NCBI GenBank assembly: GCA_036401875.1
Contig: DASWTZ010000004.1
Location: 355-64,354, forward strand
Reading direction: 5' to 3'
From: Gallionella sp.
GTDB lineage: Bacteria > Pseudomonadota > Gammaproteobacteria > Burkholderiales > Gallionellaceae
Length of the DNA: 64,000 nucleotides
Positions 40,315 to 50,342 of this stretch are shown one piece after another. Under the pieces are notes generated by a model. That model searched no databases. It was not told where the DNA came from and worked only from the letters and a program-made list of their open reading frames with translations. Numbering within the stretch: the stretch's first letter is position 1; every line of letters begins with the position of its first letter. The position numbers and the translations under genes were made by a program.

Positions 40315-41319
40315 TCATTGCCCATGGTGGAAAAGCATCCACCCGTTGAGGATATACAGCAGGAACAGTCCCAGGCTGATCCAGGTCAGACCTAGCATTG
40401 CACGTCGTTGCGGGCGGAATACCAGACCGACGATCACCAGTGCGCTCATCATCACGGCGGTGAAGGCGGTCAGCGCATGGCTGACATCGACATGCGCGAG
40501 CAGCGGCCCCGGGGTGTACAGCAGGTCATCCACCGCCAGGATGATGATGTCGAACAGGTTGCTGCCGAGCAGGTTGGCGATTGCCATGTCCAGCGCGCCG
40601 ATGCGCAGCGCGGAGATGGTCACGGCAGCTTCAGGGGCCGAGGTCACTGCGGCCACCAGCAGTGTGCCGACGAAGCTCTGCTCCCAGCCCATCAACACTG
40701 CAATATCCTTCGCGACAAACGGCAGCCAGGAACCCGCCAGCATCACGGCCAGCGCGGCCCATAGATAGCCCTTGATGGCACCGCGCAGCGTGGCGCCGGG
40801 GTAGCGTTCGGCACTGGCCTCAACGAATTCGCTCAACGTGCGGCGCTCATAGCTGTAGACGACGCGCATCGAAACCAGATAGACCAGCAGGATGAACGGC
40901 GAGTAGATGCCAACATGCCCGAAGGTCGGGTTCAAACCCGCATGGTCCAGCAGCAGGCTGAATCCGGCGAACGCGATCAGGATCGCGCCCAGTGCGGCCG
41001 ACAGGATGTGGCCTTGGGCAGCACGGCTGTACATGGTCTCGCGCCGGTACAGTGCATCCAGCATCACCAGTATCGCGAGGTTGAACACCGTGCTGCCCAG
41101 CACGTCGCCTACCGCGATGTTGGGCGCATCGGCGAGGGTGACCGAGGAAATCCCGTTCACCAGCTCCGGCAGCGAGGTGGCGGTGGCCAGCAGGATCAGT
41201 CCTATCCACGACGCGGAGACGCCGGACTTCTCGGCAATGATGTCGCCGTAACGGGACAGGGAATAGCCCGCGTAGCCGATGACGGCCAGACAGATCGTCA
41301 GTTGCAGCCAGATCAGCAT
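40315..41319 (-). CDS. Na+/Ca2+ exchanger (CaCA) family protein
   Basis: Alpha-repeats ATSLPE...GDVLGS and VTSAPE...NLLGSN. Confidence 0.9.
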   Translation of the reverse strand: MLIWLQLTICLAVIGYAGYSLSRYGDIIAEKSGVSASWIGLILLATATSLPELVNGISSVTLADAPNIAVGDVLGSTVFNLAILVMLDALYRRETMYSRAAQGHILSAALGAILIAFAGFSLLLDHAGLNPTFGHVGIYSPFILLVYLVSMRVVYSYERRTLSEFVEASAERYPGATLRGAIKGYLWAALAVMLAGSWLPFVAKDIAVLMGWEQSFVGTLLVAAVTSAPEAAVTISALRIGALDMAIANLLGSNLFDIIILAVDDLLYTPGPLLAHVDVSHALTAFTAVMMSALVIVGLVFRPQRRAMLGLTWISLGLFLLYILNGWMLFHHGQ

Positions 41320-41482
41320 TTACAACTTCTCCTTTCTGGATGGTACCTCGATGATTTCGTGCTGTGCTGCGCTACATCGGTTAATTTAATGCATGGGCAA
41401 CGTGGCGTGGTTCAGAAAGTATGTGATGCATCCCCCTTTGCCCCACGCGTTTCCGGTCGGTTTGATCTTGCTCATGAAATCC

Positions 41483-41528
41483 ATTGGACTCCATCCCCAT
41501 TTAATCGAATTGGGCTCCGTCCACATAT
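41483..41528 (+). repeat. Two tandem copies of an ATTGGRCTCCRTCCMCAT motif
   Basis: attggactccatccccattt (41483-41502) and attgggctccgtccacatat (41509-41528). Confidence 0.65.
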
Positions 41529-42094
41529 CAATTGCTACTTTGCAGCTTGTTTCTCGCATCTGAATATGCTTCGATGAGCCCAAGGCGTATGGCCTCTGTA
41601 GCGATTGGATTCAACCGAACGGTTGTTGTGCTCAGCAACTTTTGCCCTGCTCCGGCGAGCTTTATTACACCCCTACCTGTTCTAGTTTCCCCATTGACAG
41701 TGACGCTTAGCCGCACTTCGCATGCGTAGTACTCGGGGTCATGCCATGTCTTTAAGAAGATGCGTTGAATCTCAATGTACGCAACATCCGACGTTGTGTT
41801 ACCTGAACTCTGCAGCGCATTGCGTATGAATAATGGCCAGTCGGACACTGGGATCGGCGCAAAGCCCTCATATAACGCTCCTTGACTGACGTTCGCCGCA
41901 TGCCAAACGATCTTGTCCCCTTCGGTACATTTTATACATGCGTCCACTCCAGTAACCGCATCGATTCGCTCGGGTCCTGGCTCCTTAGAAATGAGGGCAA
42001 CTTGGTCACCAGTTGTGTAATCAGTAAAATGAAGTTGATTTGTAGCGCACCCACATAATCCAGCAATAACCAGAGCGATAATGATCTTACGCAT
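41528..42094 (-). CDS. Hypothetical lipoprotein, AT-rich
   Basis: MRKIIIALVIAGLCGC signal peptide/lipobox. Composition is visibly AT-richer than the flanks. No recognised domain. Confidence 0.7.
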   Translation of the reverse strand: MRKIIIALVIAGLCGCATNQLHFTDYTTGDQVALISKEPGPERIDAVTGVDACIKCTEGDKIVWHAANVSQGALYEGFAPIPVSDWPLFIRNALQSSGNTTSDVAYIEIQRIFLKTWHDPEYYACEVRLSVTVNGETRTGRGVIKLAGAGQKLLSTTTVRLNPIATEAIRLGLIEAYSDARNKLQSSN

Positions 42095-42164
42095 GCATTT
42101 TTCTTTCCAAACAGTTATTTGATGACCCGCCAACCCATATATGCATTCATAGTACAACTACATG

Positions 42165-42184
42165 ACATGGGGACGGAGCCCATT
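42165..42184 (-). repeat. Inverted copy of the 41509-41528 motif
   Basis: acatggggacggagcccatt, whose reverse complement aatgggctccgtccccatgt matches the left copies. Confidence 0.68.
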
Positions 42185-42323
42185 CTGTTCCCGGATTTGC
42201 CTGCCATCATTTCGCCTAAATGCATTTCGCCTCCCTTAAACCTCCAAACTCGCCTGTTCGTTGATTCTCATGCCGCCCCCTCCCTTACCGTCATCGCCCT
42301 CCACAGACAGGGCACTCTCCCCG

Positions 42324-42962
42324 TCAAACCTTGCGCAGCACGATCCCGCGGAACCACCCACCCGCGAGCAGCGGCACGTCGCTGACCACTTGGAGTTCAG
42401 GCACCTCGGCCAGCACTTCCTCGAACACTACATCCATCCTCGTCGCTATGCGACGCGACAGCGGGTTGAGCGCGCGGCGCAGCGGCGCGGGCTTGCCCGG
42501 CTGCAGGAACTTATCGAACAGCACGACCGTGCCGCCCGGCTTGAGCACGCGCGCGGCTTCATTCAGGCAGTGCGCCGGCCGCGGCACCACCGCGACGATC
42601 AGGTGCAGCACCACGTGGTCGAAATGCGCATCGGGGAAAGGCAGGGCCATGCTGTCGCCCAGCACCCACTCCACCTGCAGTCCTGCGCCGCGTGCCCGCG
42701 CGCGCGATAGCATCGCGGCGCTGAAGTCCAGCGCGGTGTAGCGGTGCAGTTCCGGCAGCAACGGCAGGTCGAGGCCGGTGCCGATGCCGCTGAGCAGAAC
42801 CTTGCCCGCGACATCGGCTGGCAGCGATTCCAACGAGCGGGCGCGCGCAGTTCGCAAGGGCGCCGACACCGCGAGGTCGTACAGCGGCGCGATCAGCCCG
42901 TAGCTCAGCCTGAGCAGCGGATTCTCACGGTAGGGTTGGCGGTTGTTTTCCATCGCTGCCAT
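42324..42962 (-). CDS. Class I SAM-dependent methyltransferase (PmtA-like)
   Basis: GIGTGLD, DFSAAML and ARVLKPGG...DKF motifs. Confidence 0.8.
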   Translation of the reverse strand: MAAMENNRQPYRENPLLRLSYGLIAPLYDLAVSAPLRTARARSLESLPADVAGKVLLSGIGTGLDLPLLPELHRYTALDFSAAMLSRARARGAGLQVEWVLGDSMALPFPDAHFDHVVLHLIVAVVPRPAHCLNEAARVLKPGGTVVLFDKFLQPGKPAPLRRALNPLSRRIATRMDVVFEEVLAEVPELQVVSDVPLLAGGWFRGIVLRKV

Positions 42963-43022
42963 GATCTGTCGGGATACATCAGGTTTCAGCGCGGCCCCGG
43001 GTTTTTCAGCGCGCTCGTGATT

Positions 43023-43886
43023 TCAGCGCACCAGAAAATCCAGCACGACCCCGGCGAACACCACGGCGCCGAACCAGTTGTTGTGCATGAACGCCCGGAA
43101 ACATTCGTCGCGCTTGCGCTCCCTGATCAGGTGGTAGTGGTAGTAAGAAATCCCCCCGGCCAGGATCAAGCCAATGAAATACACCACCCCAGCTTCAAAC
43201 ATCAGCCCCGCCAACGCCAGCAGGACCAGCGCGGCCACATAGCAGATCATCACCGCCGCCACGTCGTACTTCTTGAACAGTAGCGCAGAGGAATGGATGC
43301 CGAGGTGGACATCGTCGTCCCGGTCCACCATCGCGTACTCGGTGTCGTAGGCGATCGCCCAGAACACGTTGGCGACGAGCAGCACCCACGCCACCGGCGG
43401 CACTTCGCCCAGCTGCGCGGCGAATGCCATCGGGATGCCGAAGCCAAACGCGATGCCCAGATACGCTTGCGGGATCGCCAGGAAGCGCTTGGTATAGGGA
43501 TAGCTCGCCGCGAGCAGCACCGCCGGGAACGCCAATTGCAGCGTCAGGTTGTTCAGCGGCAGGATCAGCAGGAAAGCCGCCAGCGACAGGGCCAGCGCCA
43601 CCCACACCGCCTCGCGCGGCGAGACGTGCCCGCTGGTGACCGGGCGGTGTTTGGTGCGCTTCACATGCCTGTCGATGTCGCGGTCCGCGAAGTCGTTGAA
43701 CGCGCACCCGGCCGAGCGCATCAGCACCGTGCCCAGCACGAAGATCAGCACGATGTGCCAGTCCGGATGCCCCTCGCCCGCGATCCACACCCCCCACAGC
43801 GTAGGCCACAGCAACAGCAAGGCGCCGATGGGGCGGTTCAGGCGGGTGAGCTGCAGGTACAGCAATAGTCGTTTTGCGAGCGTCAT
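43023..43886 (-). CDS. ubiA: 4-hydroxybenzoate polyprenyltransferase
   Basis: RLNRPIG, RSAGCAFNDFADRDID and YDTEYAMVDRDDD motifs. Confidence 0.95.
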   Translation of the reverse strand: MTLAKRLLLYLQLTRLNRPIGALLLLWPTLWGVWIAGEGHPDWHIVLIFVLGTVLMRSAGCAFNDFADRDIDRHVKRTKHRPVTSGHVSPREAVWVALALSLAAFLLILPLNNLTLQLAFPAVLLAASYPYTKRFLAIPQAYLGIAFGFGIPMAFAAQLGEVPPVAWVLLVANVFWAIAYDTEYAMVDRDDDVHLGIHSSALLFKKYDVAAVMICYVAALVLLALAGLMFEAGVVYFIGLILAGGISYYHYHLIRERKRDECFRAFMHNNWFGAVVFAGVVLDFLVR

Positions 43887-44109
43887 GTCTTTATTCGAAA
43901 TGGTTATCCGGTGCGTGCATGATACCTGTCCCGCCCGTAGCGGTGAAATCCCCGCTAAGTATAAGGTCCTCCATACCACATAGGCTGCGATAGAACTTTA
44001 TTCCCTATCCGGTGTCACTGTGTGCCCGCATTTGCGGGTGATCCGTTAAACTCCCGCCCCCGCACCGGCCGGCACGCCCGCCATGCGCTTTTTATTCAAA
44101 GGTTATTCC

Positions 44110-44589
44110 ATGTATCCAGTCCACGATGTTGATGCGATCCTTTTGCTGGCGATGTCGCTCGCCGCCAAGCGCCGTCCGGCGGAGCTGGTCGAGATCATCG
44201 CTGCGGCGGATCTGTCGCTGCAGGCGGTCCCGACCTCGGCGAGAATGACAGACTCTCTGCACCGGCTCGGCAGCTACGGCCTGATCACGGAGACGCCGGA
44301 CGGTTATTCGCTGACTGCGGCTGCGCAACTGATGCTCACCGGACACGCGAAAAAAGCCCTGCCTCAGGAACGCATCCGCAACATCAGGGAACATCTCGCC
44401 GATCACAACAGGCAGGGCGATGCGCTCGACATTCACGTGACGGAAAAACAGGTGGATGCCGCAATCGTGGCACACCGTGCGAACAAGCAGCAGCGTAGCT
44501 GGCTGACCCCGAAACCAAAGCCGGTGTGGATATCCAAGAAGGATCTGGCCAAGGGCAAGACGCTGCCGGCGAAACGACGCAAGGATTGA
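44110..44589 (+). CDS. Hypothetical protein (possible winged-helix N-terminal half, basic C-terminal tail)
   Basis: ORF with host-like codon use ending 7 bp before dbpA. RLGSYGLI...GYSLT resembles a wHTH wing. Confidence 0.6.
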   Translation: MYPVHDVDAILLLAMSLAAKRRPAELVEIIAAADLSLQAVPTSARMTDSLHRLGSYGLITETPDGYSLTAAAQLMLTGHAKKALPQERIRNIREHLADHNRQGDALDIHVTEKQVDAAIVAHRANKQQRSWLTPKPKPVWISKKDLAKGKTLPAKRRKD

Positions 44590-44596
44590 GCACAGC

Positions 44597-45991
44597 ATGA
44601 CTACCGCCACACCATTCCCCGCGAATTCGTTCCAGACCCAACCGCTCTCGCCGGCAATGCAGGACAACCTGCAACAGCTGGGCTATCTGACGATGACGCC
44701 GATCCAGGCGGCCAGCCTGCCTGTCGCATTGGCGGGCCACGACCTGATCGCGCAGGCAAAAACCGGCAGCGGCAAGACCGCCGCGTTCGGCCTGCCGCTG
44801 TTGACCAGCCTGAATCCGCGCCGCTTTGCGGTGCAGGCGATGGTGCTGTGCCCGACCCGCGAACTGGCCGACCAGGTGGCCAAGGAGCTGCGCCGCTTGG
44901 CGCGCGCCACGGACAACATCAAGATCGTGACGCTGTGCGGCGGAAGCACGATGCGCCCGCAGATCGCCAGTCTGGAGCACGGCGCGCACATCGTCGTGGG
45001 CACGCCGGGGCGCATCATGGACCATCTGGATCGCGGCACGCTGGACCTCGACGCGCTCAACACGCTGGTGCTCGACGAGGCCGACCGGATGCTGGACATG
45101 GGCTTTTACGACCAGATCGCCTATATCGCGCGGCACTGTCCGTCGCGCCGCCAGACGCTGCTGTTCTCGGCGACCTATCCGGACGGCGTCATGCGGTTGG
45201 CGCGCCAGTTCATGCACAATCCGCAGGAAGTGAAACTGGAAGAGCAACACGACGCCGGCAAGATCCGCCAGCGCTTCTACGAGGTGAGCCATGCGGACCG
45301 GTTGCAGGCGGTGGGCGCGCTGCTGAAGCATTACCGCCCGGTGAGCACGCTGGCCTTCTGCAACACCAAGCAGCAGTGCCGCGCGCTGGTGGAGACGCTG
45401 CACGAGCAGGGCATCACCGCGCTGACGCTGAACGGCGACCTGGAACAGCGCGAACGCGACCAGGTGCTGATCCAGTTCGCCAACCGCAGCGTCTCGGTGC
45501 TGGTGGCGACCGACGTCGCGGCGCGCGGGCTGGACATAGCGCAGCTCGAGGCGGTGATCAACGTCGACATCACGCCCGACCCCGAGGTGCACGTCCACCG
45601 CATCGGCCGCACCGGCCGCGCCGACGGTGACGGCTGGGCGCTGAGCCTTGCCAGCCCGGGCGAAATACGGCGCGTCGAGACCATCGCGCAGGCGACAGGA
45701 TTCAAGCCTGAGTGGCACCGTATCAACGAGCTGGAAGGCGACGATGGGCCGCTGGTGCCGCCGATGGCGACGCTGCAAATCCTCGGCGGGCGCAAGGAGA
45801 AGATGCGCCCCGGTGACGTGCTGGGCGCGCTGACCGGCGAGGCGGGCTATACGCGCGAGCAGGTGGGCAAGATCACCGTGACCGATTTCACCACCTATGT
45901 CGCCGTCGCGCGCGACATCGCGCAGGATGCCGTGCGCAGGCTGTCCGCAGGCAGGATCAAGGGCCGGACGGTGAAGGTGCGCGCGCTGTAG
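44597..45991 (+). CDS. dbpA: ATP-dependent RNA helicase DbpA
   Basis: [21 protein letters not shown] and HRIGRTGR motifs, plus C-terminal DbpA domain [16 protein letters not shown]. Confidence 0.94.
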   Translation: MTTATPFPANSFQTQPLSPAMQDNLQQLGYLTMTPIQAASLPVALAGHDLIAQAKTGSGKTAAFGLPLLTSLNPRRFAVQAMVLCPTRELADQVAKELRRLARATDNIKIVTLCGGSTMRPQIASLEHGAHIVVGTPGRIMDHLDRGTLDLDALNTLVLDEADRMLDMGFYDQIAYIARHCPSRRQTLLFSATYPDGVMRLARQFMHNPQEVKLEEQHDAGKIRQRFYEVSHADRLQAVGALLKHYRPVSTLAFCNTKQQCRALVETLHEQGITALTLNGDLEQRERDQVLIQFANRSVSVLVATDVAARGLDIAQLEAVINVDITPDPEVHVHRIGRTGRADGDGWALSLASPGEIRRVETIAQATGFKPEWHRINELEGDDGPLVPPMATLQILGGRKEKMRPGDVLGALTGEAGYTREQVGKITVTDFTTYVAVARDIAQDAVRRLSAGRIKGRTVKVRAL

Positions 45992-46031
45992 CCAGCTAAA
46001 GTGTAAAATCCACGCCTCACAGGAGACGCAT

Positions 46032-46331
46032 TTGGAAAACCCTTACACCATACTGGGCGTCGCGCCGAACGCGACCACCGATGAGATCAGGAAGGCCTAC
46101 CGTTCGCTGGCGATGCGCCATCACCCGGACAGGAATCAGGATGCGAGTTCGGAGCTGCGCTTCAATGCGATCAAGACCGCGTACGAGTTGCTCTCCGATC
46201 CGAAGAAGCGGGCCGATTACAACCAGAGCCAGAACAACCGCATCATCATCGACCCGGAAGACGAGGCGCGCGACCTGTGGCATTCGCTGTTCGAACGCTG
46301 CGGCTTGTCCGTGCCGCGCGATAACCATTAA
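46032..46331 (+). CDS. Small J-domain protein with C-terminal PX7W motif (AtcJ-like)
   Basis: NPYTILGV...[13 protein letters not shown] (HPD motif), followed by a short tail [10 protein letters not shown]. Confidence 0.85.
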   Translation: MENPYTILGVAPNATTDEIRKAYRSLAMRHHPDRNQDASSELRFNAIKTAYELLSDPKKRADYNQSQNNRIIIDPEDEARDLWHSLFERCGLSVPRDNH

Positions 46332-46350
46332 CCATACAGAGCAGGACACC

Positions 46351-46893
46351 ATGAAGAACAACAATATCCATCATGAATTTGCCTACCAGTCCCGCGAGCT
46401 AGGGATCCAGATCGAGGACACCCTCGGCGATCCTCCAGACCACAGGCAGTACGCCAGGGTCATCGCCGCGCTGATCGGTGAGTACGCGAAGGGCACCGGC
46501 ATCGACGATGTGAACATGCTGAGCTTCGCTCTGGCCGACCACCTGCGCTTCGACGACCCGGCCGGGCTGCTGGCCGAGTGCCGGCAGTACGACAAGGGCA
46601 ACGCCAAGAAGGTGGTCAAGATGGTGTCGTGTGCTGACGCGGAAGCCGGCAAGGCGCTTGCCGCCGTCTCCGCGCAGGACCCGGAGCTCGCGCGCAAGGC
46701 GATCCTGACCGCATTCCTGTACAAGAACAACCAGCGCTGGTCCGACGAAGAGCAGCCGTTCGAGGACCACGAGGAAGACGACGATGACAAGCGCGATCAT
46801 GACGACTTCGACGAGGGCGAGGACAGCGAGCGCGCCGAGGTGGGGCAGGACGTGATCGACCTATTCGACAAGCGCGAGGAAGGCAATGGCTGA
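46351..46893 (+). CDS. Hypothetical acidic protein (AtcA-like by position)
   Basis: 180-aa ORF with a D/E-rich C-terminus. Overlaps the next start. Confidence 0.65.
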   Translation: MKNNNIHHEFAYQSRELGIQIEDTLGDPPDHRQYARVIAALIGEYAKGTGIDDVNMLSFALADHLRFDDPAGLLAECRQYDKGNAKKVVKMVSCADAEAGKALAAVSAQDPELARKAILTAFLYKNNQRWSDEEQPFEDHEEDDDDKRDHDDFDEGEDSERAEVGQDVIDLFDKREEGNG

Positions 46894-47677
46894 CCAATCC
46901 AATTTCCCGGCAATCAGCCGGCAGGTAACCGAACTGGTGCTGTCCGGCTCGACCGAGCACGCCGAGGAAGCGATCAACGAGACCGCCGAGCAGTTCGGCG
47001 ACCTGGCCGTGGTCGAGGTGCTGGACAAGCTGGAACCGCAGGTAGCCGCGATGCATCTGGCTGCCTTCGACGGCGGCAAGCTGTCGCTGGCGACGATGCT
47101 GATCTCTCCCAAGGCCTGGGCCGAGAGCCTAGCCTTCTTTGCCGCGCCGTGGAGCGAGGAGATGATCGAGGACGAACCCGAGGTGCTGACCGGCTCACTG
47201 TTCGCTCATATCCACGGCATCGTGTTCTCCACCGACGATCCTGAGCGCCGCGCCGAGCTGATCCGCGCGGCGCTCTCGACCGACTGTGGCACCACGGCGT
47301 TTGCGGTGCTGTTCTCGACCGCGATCGAGGATGTCATCGAGCTCGCCAACGACATCTATGCGCGCGGCGCGCACAACAGCGGCCACACCACTTCCGATCA
47401 CGACGTAATTCCGCTCGGGCTGGAGATCGCCCGCACCGATTCCGATGCATGGGACCGTGTGTTGTTCGAGCTGTTCCCCGACTGGCAGCCCGGCGAGAAC
47501 CAGCTGCGCGCGCGCTCCGAAGAAGACGACGACGAGGAGTACGAGGACAACCACGAGTACGCTCTGGCCAGAACCACTCATGACCTGCTAATACGCCTGC
47601 GCAAGCAGGTACCAGGAAAGGCGATCATCAGGCCGAAGAAGGCCCGCCCCAGCCTGGGCGAGGACATCTTCGAATGA
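46886..47677 (+). CDS. Hypothetical acidic protein (AtcB-like by position)
   Basis: 263-aa ORF, translationally coupled to the previous gene. Confidence 0.65.
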   Translation: MADQSNFPAISRQVTELVLSGSTEHAEEAINETAEQFGDLAVVEVLDKLEPQVAAMHLAAFDGGKLSLATMLISPKAWAESLAFFAAPWSEEMIEDEPEVLTGSLFAHIHGIVFSTDDPERRAELIRAALSTDCGTTAFAVLFSTAIEDVIELANDIYARGAHNSGHTTSDHDVIPLGLEIARTDSDAWDRVLFELFPDWQPGENQLRARSEEDDDEEYEDNHEYALARTTHDLLIRLRKQVPGKAIIRPKKARPSLGEDIFE

Positions 47678-47711
47678 CGGGCCGCCACCCCATGCTGTTC
47701 GGCGGGAGGGC

Positions 47712-48587
47712 GTGATGAAACTCGCCCACCTCACCACCCACGCCCCCCAGCTGGTGACCGCGCTCGAGGCGCTGGCCCGGCGCGCGGACGGCAGCGAGGA
47801 TGCCGAACTCCTGCTCGACGAGCTTTCCGGCATCACGGTGCTGGTCGCCCGCAAGTTCACCAACGAAAGGACGGCGGACGGCCTGCTCGATGCGTTTCAC
47901 CTGACCGTGGGCTGCATCTCGCTGGGCATCAGCCAGGCGGACATCCCCGGCGACGGCGAGGCGCAACTATCGTTCCTGCTGCACCACGGCGCCGAGTATG
48001 TCTTCCAGATGGGCTTCCGGCACATCAAGAGCCTGTCCGCACTGCCCTATACCGCATTCGTGTCGGACTTCGACCAGGACTCGTTCGTGCAGCAGCGCGA
48101 TATCAAGCTGCTGTTCATGGAAATCTGCCGCGCCGACCCGGCCGCATCGTGGTCAGGCGACGAGCAGTACCGCCGCGAAGTGCAGAGCCGGCAGAACAAC
48201 CGGCTGATCGTCGAATGCGCCAAGTGGCTGCGCAGGCAGCATTACGCGGGGCCGGTCCGGGATGCCGATCTGGATGCCAATGCGGTGATCTCGATCGCGG
48301 TGATCTTCGCGATCGCCGGCGACGCGCCCATCGTCGCCCGCTCCAAACAGGCGGACCTCGAAACCCTGATCAACGGCATGCGCAGCACGATGCCGGACAT
48401 CGACGCCGGCTGGAACGCGCTTCTGAAGAAGGTGCCGCCGCAATATCACCCCCTCCTGCGCGAACGCATGGAGGAATACCGCGACACCATCGTCAGGAAA
48501 ATCCAGTCGAAGACCAGCGTCAGGTCGGTCGTCACCGCCATCCAGGCGAATTACGCCGGCAGCGAGCAGGACATCGACTACGACTGA
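47712..48587 (+). CDS. Hypothetical protein (AtcC-like by position)
   Basis: 291-aa ORF with GGGAGGG RBS. Last gene of the J-domain operon. Confidence 0.65.
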   Translation: MMKLAHLTTHAPQLVTALEALARRADGSEDAELLLDELSGITVLVARKFTNERTADGLLDAFHLTVGCISLGISQADIPGDGEAQLSFLLHHGAEYVFQMGFRHIKSLSALPYTAFVSDFDQDSFVQQRDIKLLFMEICRADPAASWSGDEQYRREVQSRQNNRLIVECAKWLRRQHYAGPVRDADLDANAVISIAVIFAIAGDAPIVARSKQADLETLINGMRSTMPDIDAGWNALLKKVPPQYHPLLRERMEEYRDTIVRKIQSKTSVRSVVTAIQANYAGSEQDIDYD

Positions 48588-48602
48588 TCAGACAGCACCC
48601 CG

Positions 48603-50219
48603 CTACTCTTCCGTCATCTCCGCGCTCTGCTCCGGCACATCGGCCGATTTCTTCAGCACGCTGACCGGCAGGCTCACCTTCACCGAGGACACCTTGTCTG
48701 CGTAGAGCTCCTCGCCCAGCAGCGGCACCAGATTGACGGGCTGGCGCGGGTGCCGCTCGAAATTCTGCTTGAGCGCCTCCAGCTGTTCCCGGTTTGCGTG
48801 GAAGTAGCGTCCCGCCTGGACGACGCGCGGCAGGTTCTTGATCAGGTGCCACAGGCTCCAGCGATGCTGCCACAGGTTCTTCTTGAAACGGCGGTGATAG
48901 GCACGACTGTGGTAGAAGCGACTGATGTGCCAGTTGTACAGCGCGTCCATTTCCTCGCGCGACTCGAACCCCTTGGGCAGGAACACGAAATTCAGGCAAT
49001 TCATCAGGCGCCAGTCCTCGATGAATTCGCCCTCCTCGCCGCCGACGCACTCGTCCCAGATCGGCGCACCGTACAGTGGGCTGAACTTGGTCATGTTCAT
49101 CTCGTCGAGGTCGAGCGACAGAATGAAGTCACTGGTCGCCTTCACGGTCTCGGGCGTCTCGCCCGGCATGCCGAAAATGAACAGCCCCTTCGCGCGCAGC
49201 CCGGCCGCGTGGATCTGCTCCACGGTCTTCCTCACCGCCTCCAGCGTCACGCCTGCCTTGTGCCGTTCCATCATCACCGGGTCGGCCGACTCGATGCCCA
49301 TCGACACCATCAGCGCGCCGGCCTGCTTGAGCTTGGCCAGCATCTCGTCCGAGGTGTGGCCGGTGCGGATCGCGCAGTTGAACTGCATGCCGAGCGGCTT
49401 CTCGATCAAGAGGTCGCACAGGTCGAATACGCGCTTTTTCTGCGCGGTGAACAAGTCGTCGTAGAAGTTGATGTGGTACACGCCGAACTTGTCGCGCAGG
49501 TGCTTCATGTGATCGTAGATGTACTGCGCGGAATTGACCTTGTACAGGCGCTCGAACACGGTGCGGTCGCAGAATGAGCAGGTGTAGGGACAGCCGCGCG
49601 AGGTGATCATCGTCGCGCCGTGGCGCTTGGCATAGGAGAACAGCGGCAGGTGGTAGGCCCATGGGAAGCCGGCCAGCTTTTCGTAGGCCGGGAACGGCAG
49701 CTCGTCCAGATTCAATATGCGCTGGCGGCGCGGATTGGTGACGATGCGTCCGCCGTCGCGGTAAACCAGGTTGGAAATCTCGGCCAGCGGCTTGCCGTCG
49801 GCGAGGTCGAGCAATGCGCCCTCGCCTTCGCCTATGCACAGATAATCGATCTCAGGAAAGTGTTCCAGCAGCGGCGCGCCTATCGACGACACATGCACGT
49901 TGCCGAATACGATCCTGACGTCAGGGCGCTTCTCCTTGATGTACTGCGCCATGTCCACCGCATCCATGAAGCCGGAAGTGGTGGTGGAAAAACCCACGAT
50001 CTCGGGATCGGTCGCGAGGATGATCTCGGCGTTCGCCTCGATGCCCGGCGGCGAAAATGGCCCGAGGCAGTCATGCAGCGCTGTCTCGTGCCCGTGCCTG
50101 TCCAGCCACGCGGCGAGCGACATGATGCCGATGGGCGGCATGCGGTTGGCGAGTACTGAGAAATCTGGTTGTCCGGGAACGAAGTTGAAACCGGCGGGAT
50201 GGACAAAGGTTATTTTCAT
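48603..50219 (-). CDS. Cobalamin-binding radical SAM protein
   Basis: N-terminal B12-binding domain (PPIG...GEGE), SRGCPYTCSFC cluster motif, DDLF and GIES. Confidence 0.88.
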   Translation of the reverse strand: MKITFVHPAGFNFVPGQPDFSVLANRMPPIGIMSLAAWLDRHGHETALHDCLGPFSPPGIEANAEIILATDPEIVGFSTTTSGFMDAVDMAQYIKEKRPDVRIVFGNVHVSSIGAPLLEHFPEIDYLCIGEGEGALLDLADGKPLAEISNLVYRDGGRIVTNPRRQRILNLDELPFPAYEKLAGFPWAYHLPLFSYAKRHGATMITSRGCPYTCSFCDRTVFERLYKVNSAQYIYDHMKHLRDKFGVYHINFYDDLFTAQKKRVFDLCDLLIEKPLGMQFNCAIRTGHTSDEMLAKLKQAGALMVSMGIESADPVMMERHKAGVTLEAVRKTVEQIHAAGLRAKGLFIFGMPGETPETVKATSDFILSLDLDEMNMTKFSPLYGAPIWDECVGGEEGEFIEDWRLMNCLNFVFLPKGFESREEMDALYNWHISRFYHSRAYHRRFKKNLWQHRWSLWHLIKNLPRVVQAGRYFHANREQLEALKQNFERHPRQPVNLVPLLGEELYADKVSSVKVSLPVSVLKKSADVPEQSAEMTEE

Positions 50220-50342
50220 TCGATCTGCGCTTGCTTATGTCGTTAACTGTCCGACAATATATTAATTTAGCCCGCGCGCCCGGTCCGAAGGGATATTTCG
50301 AGCCGGGCGCCAGGCAGGATGGGGCGGTTCTGTCGGCGGCGT

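Noticed and set aside
41462-41475. ttgatcttgctcat as an FNR box
   Set aside because: Only one good half-site, and no supporting promoter geometry.
41930-41945. CIKC in the orphan lipoprotein as a heme-c site
   Set aside because: It is followed by Thr, not His, so it is not CXXCH.
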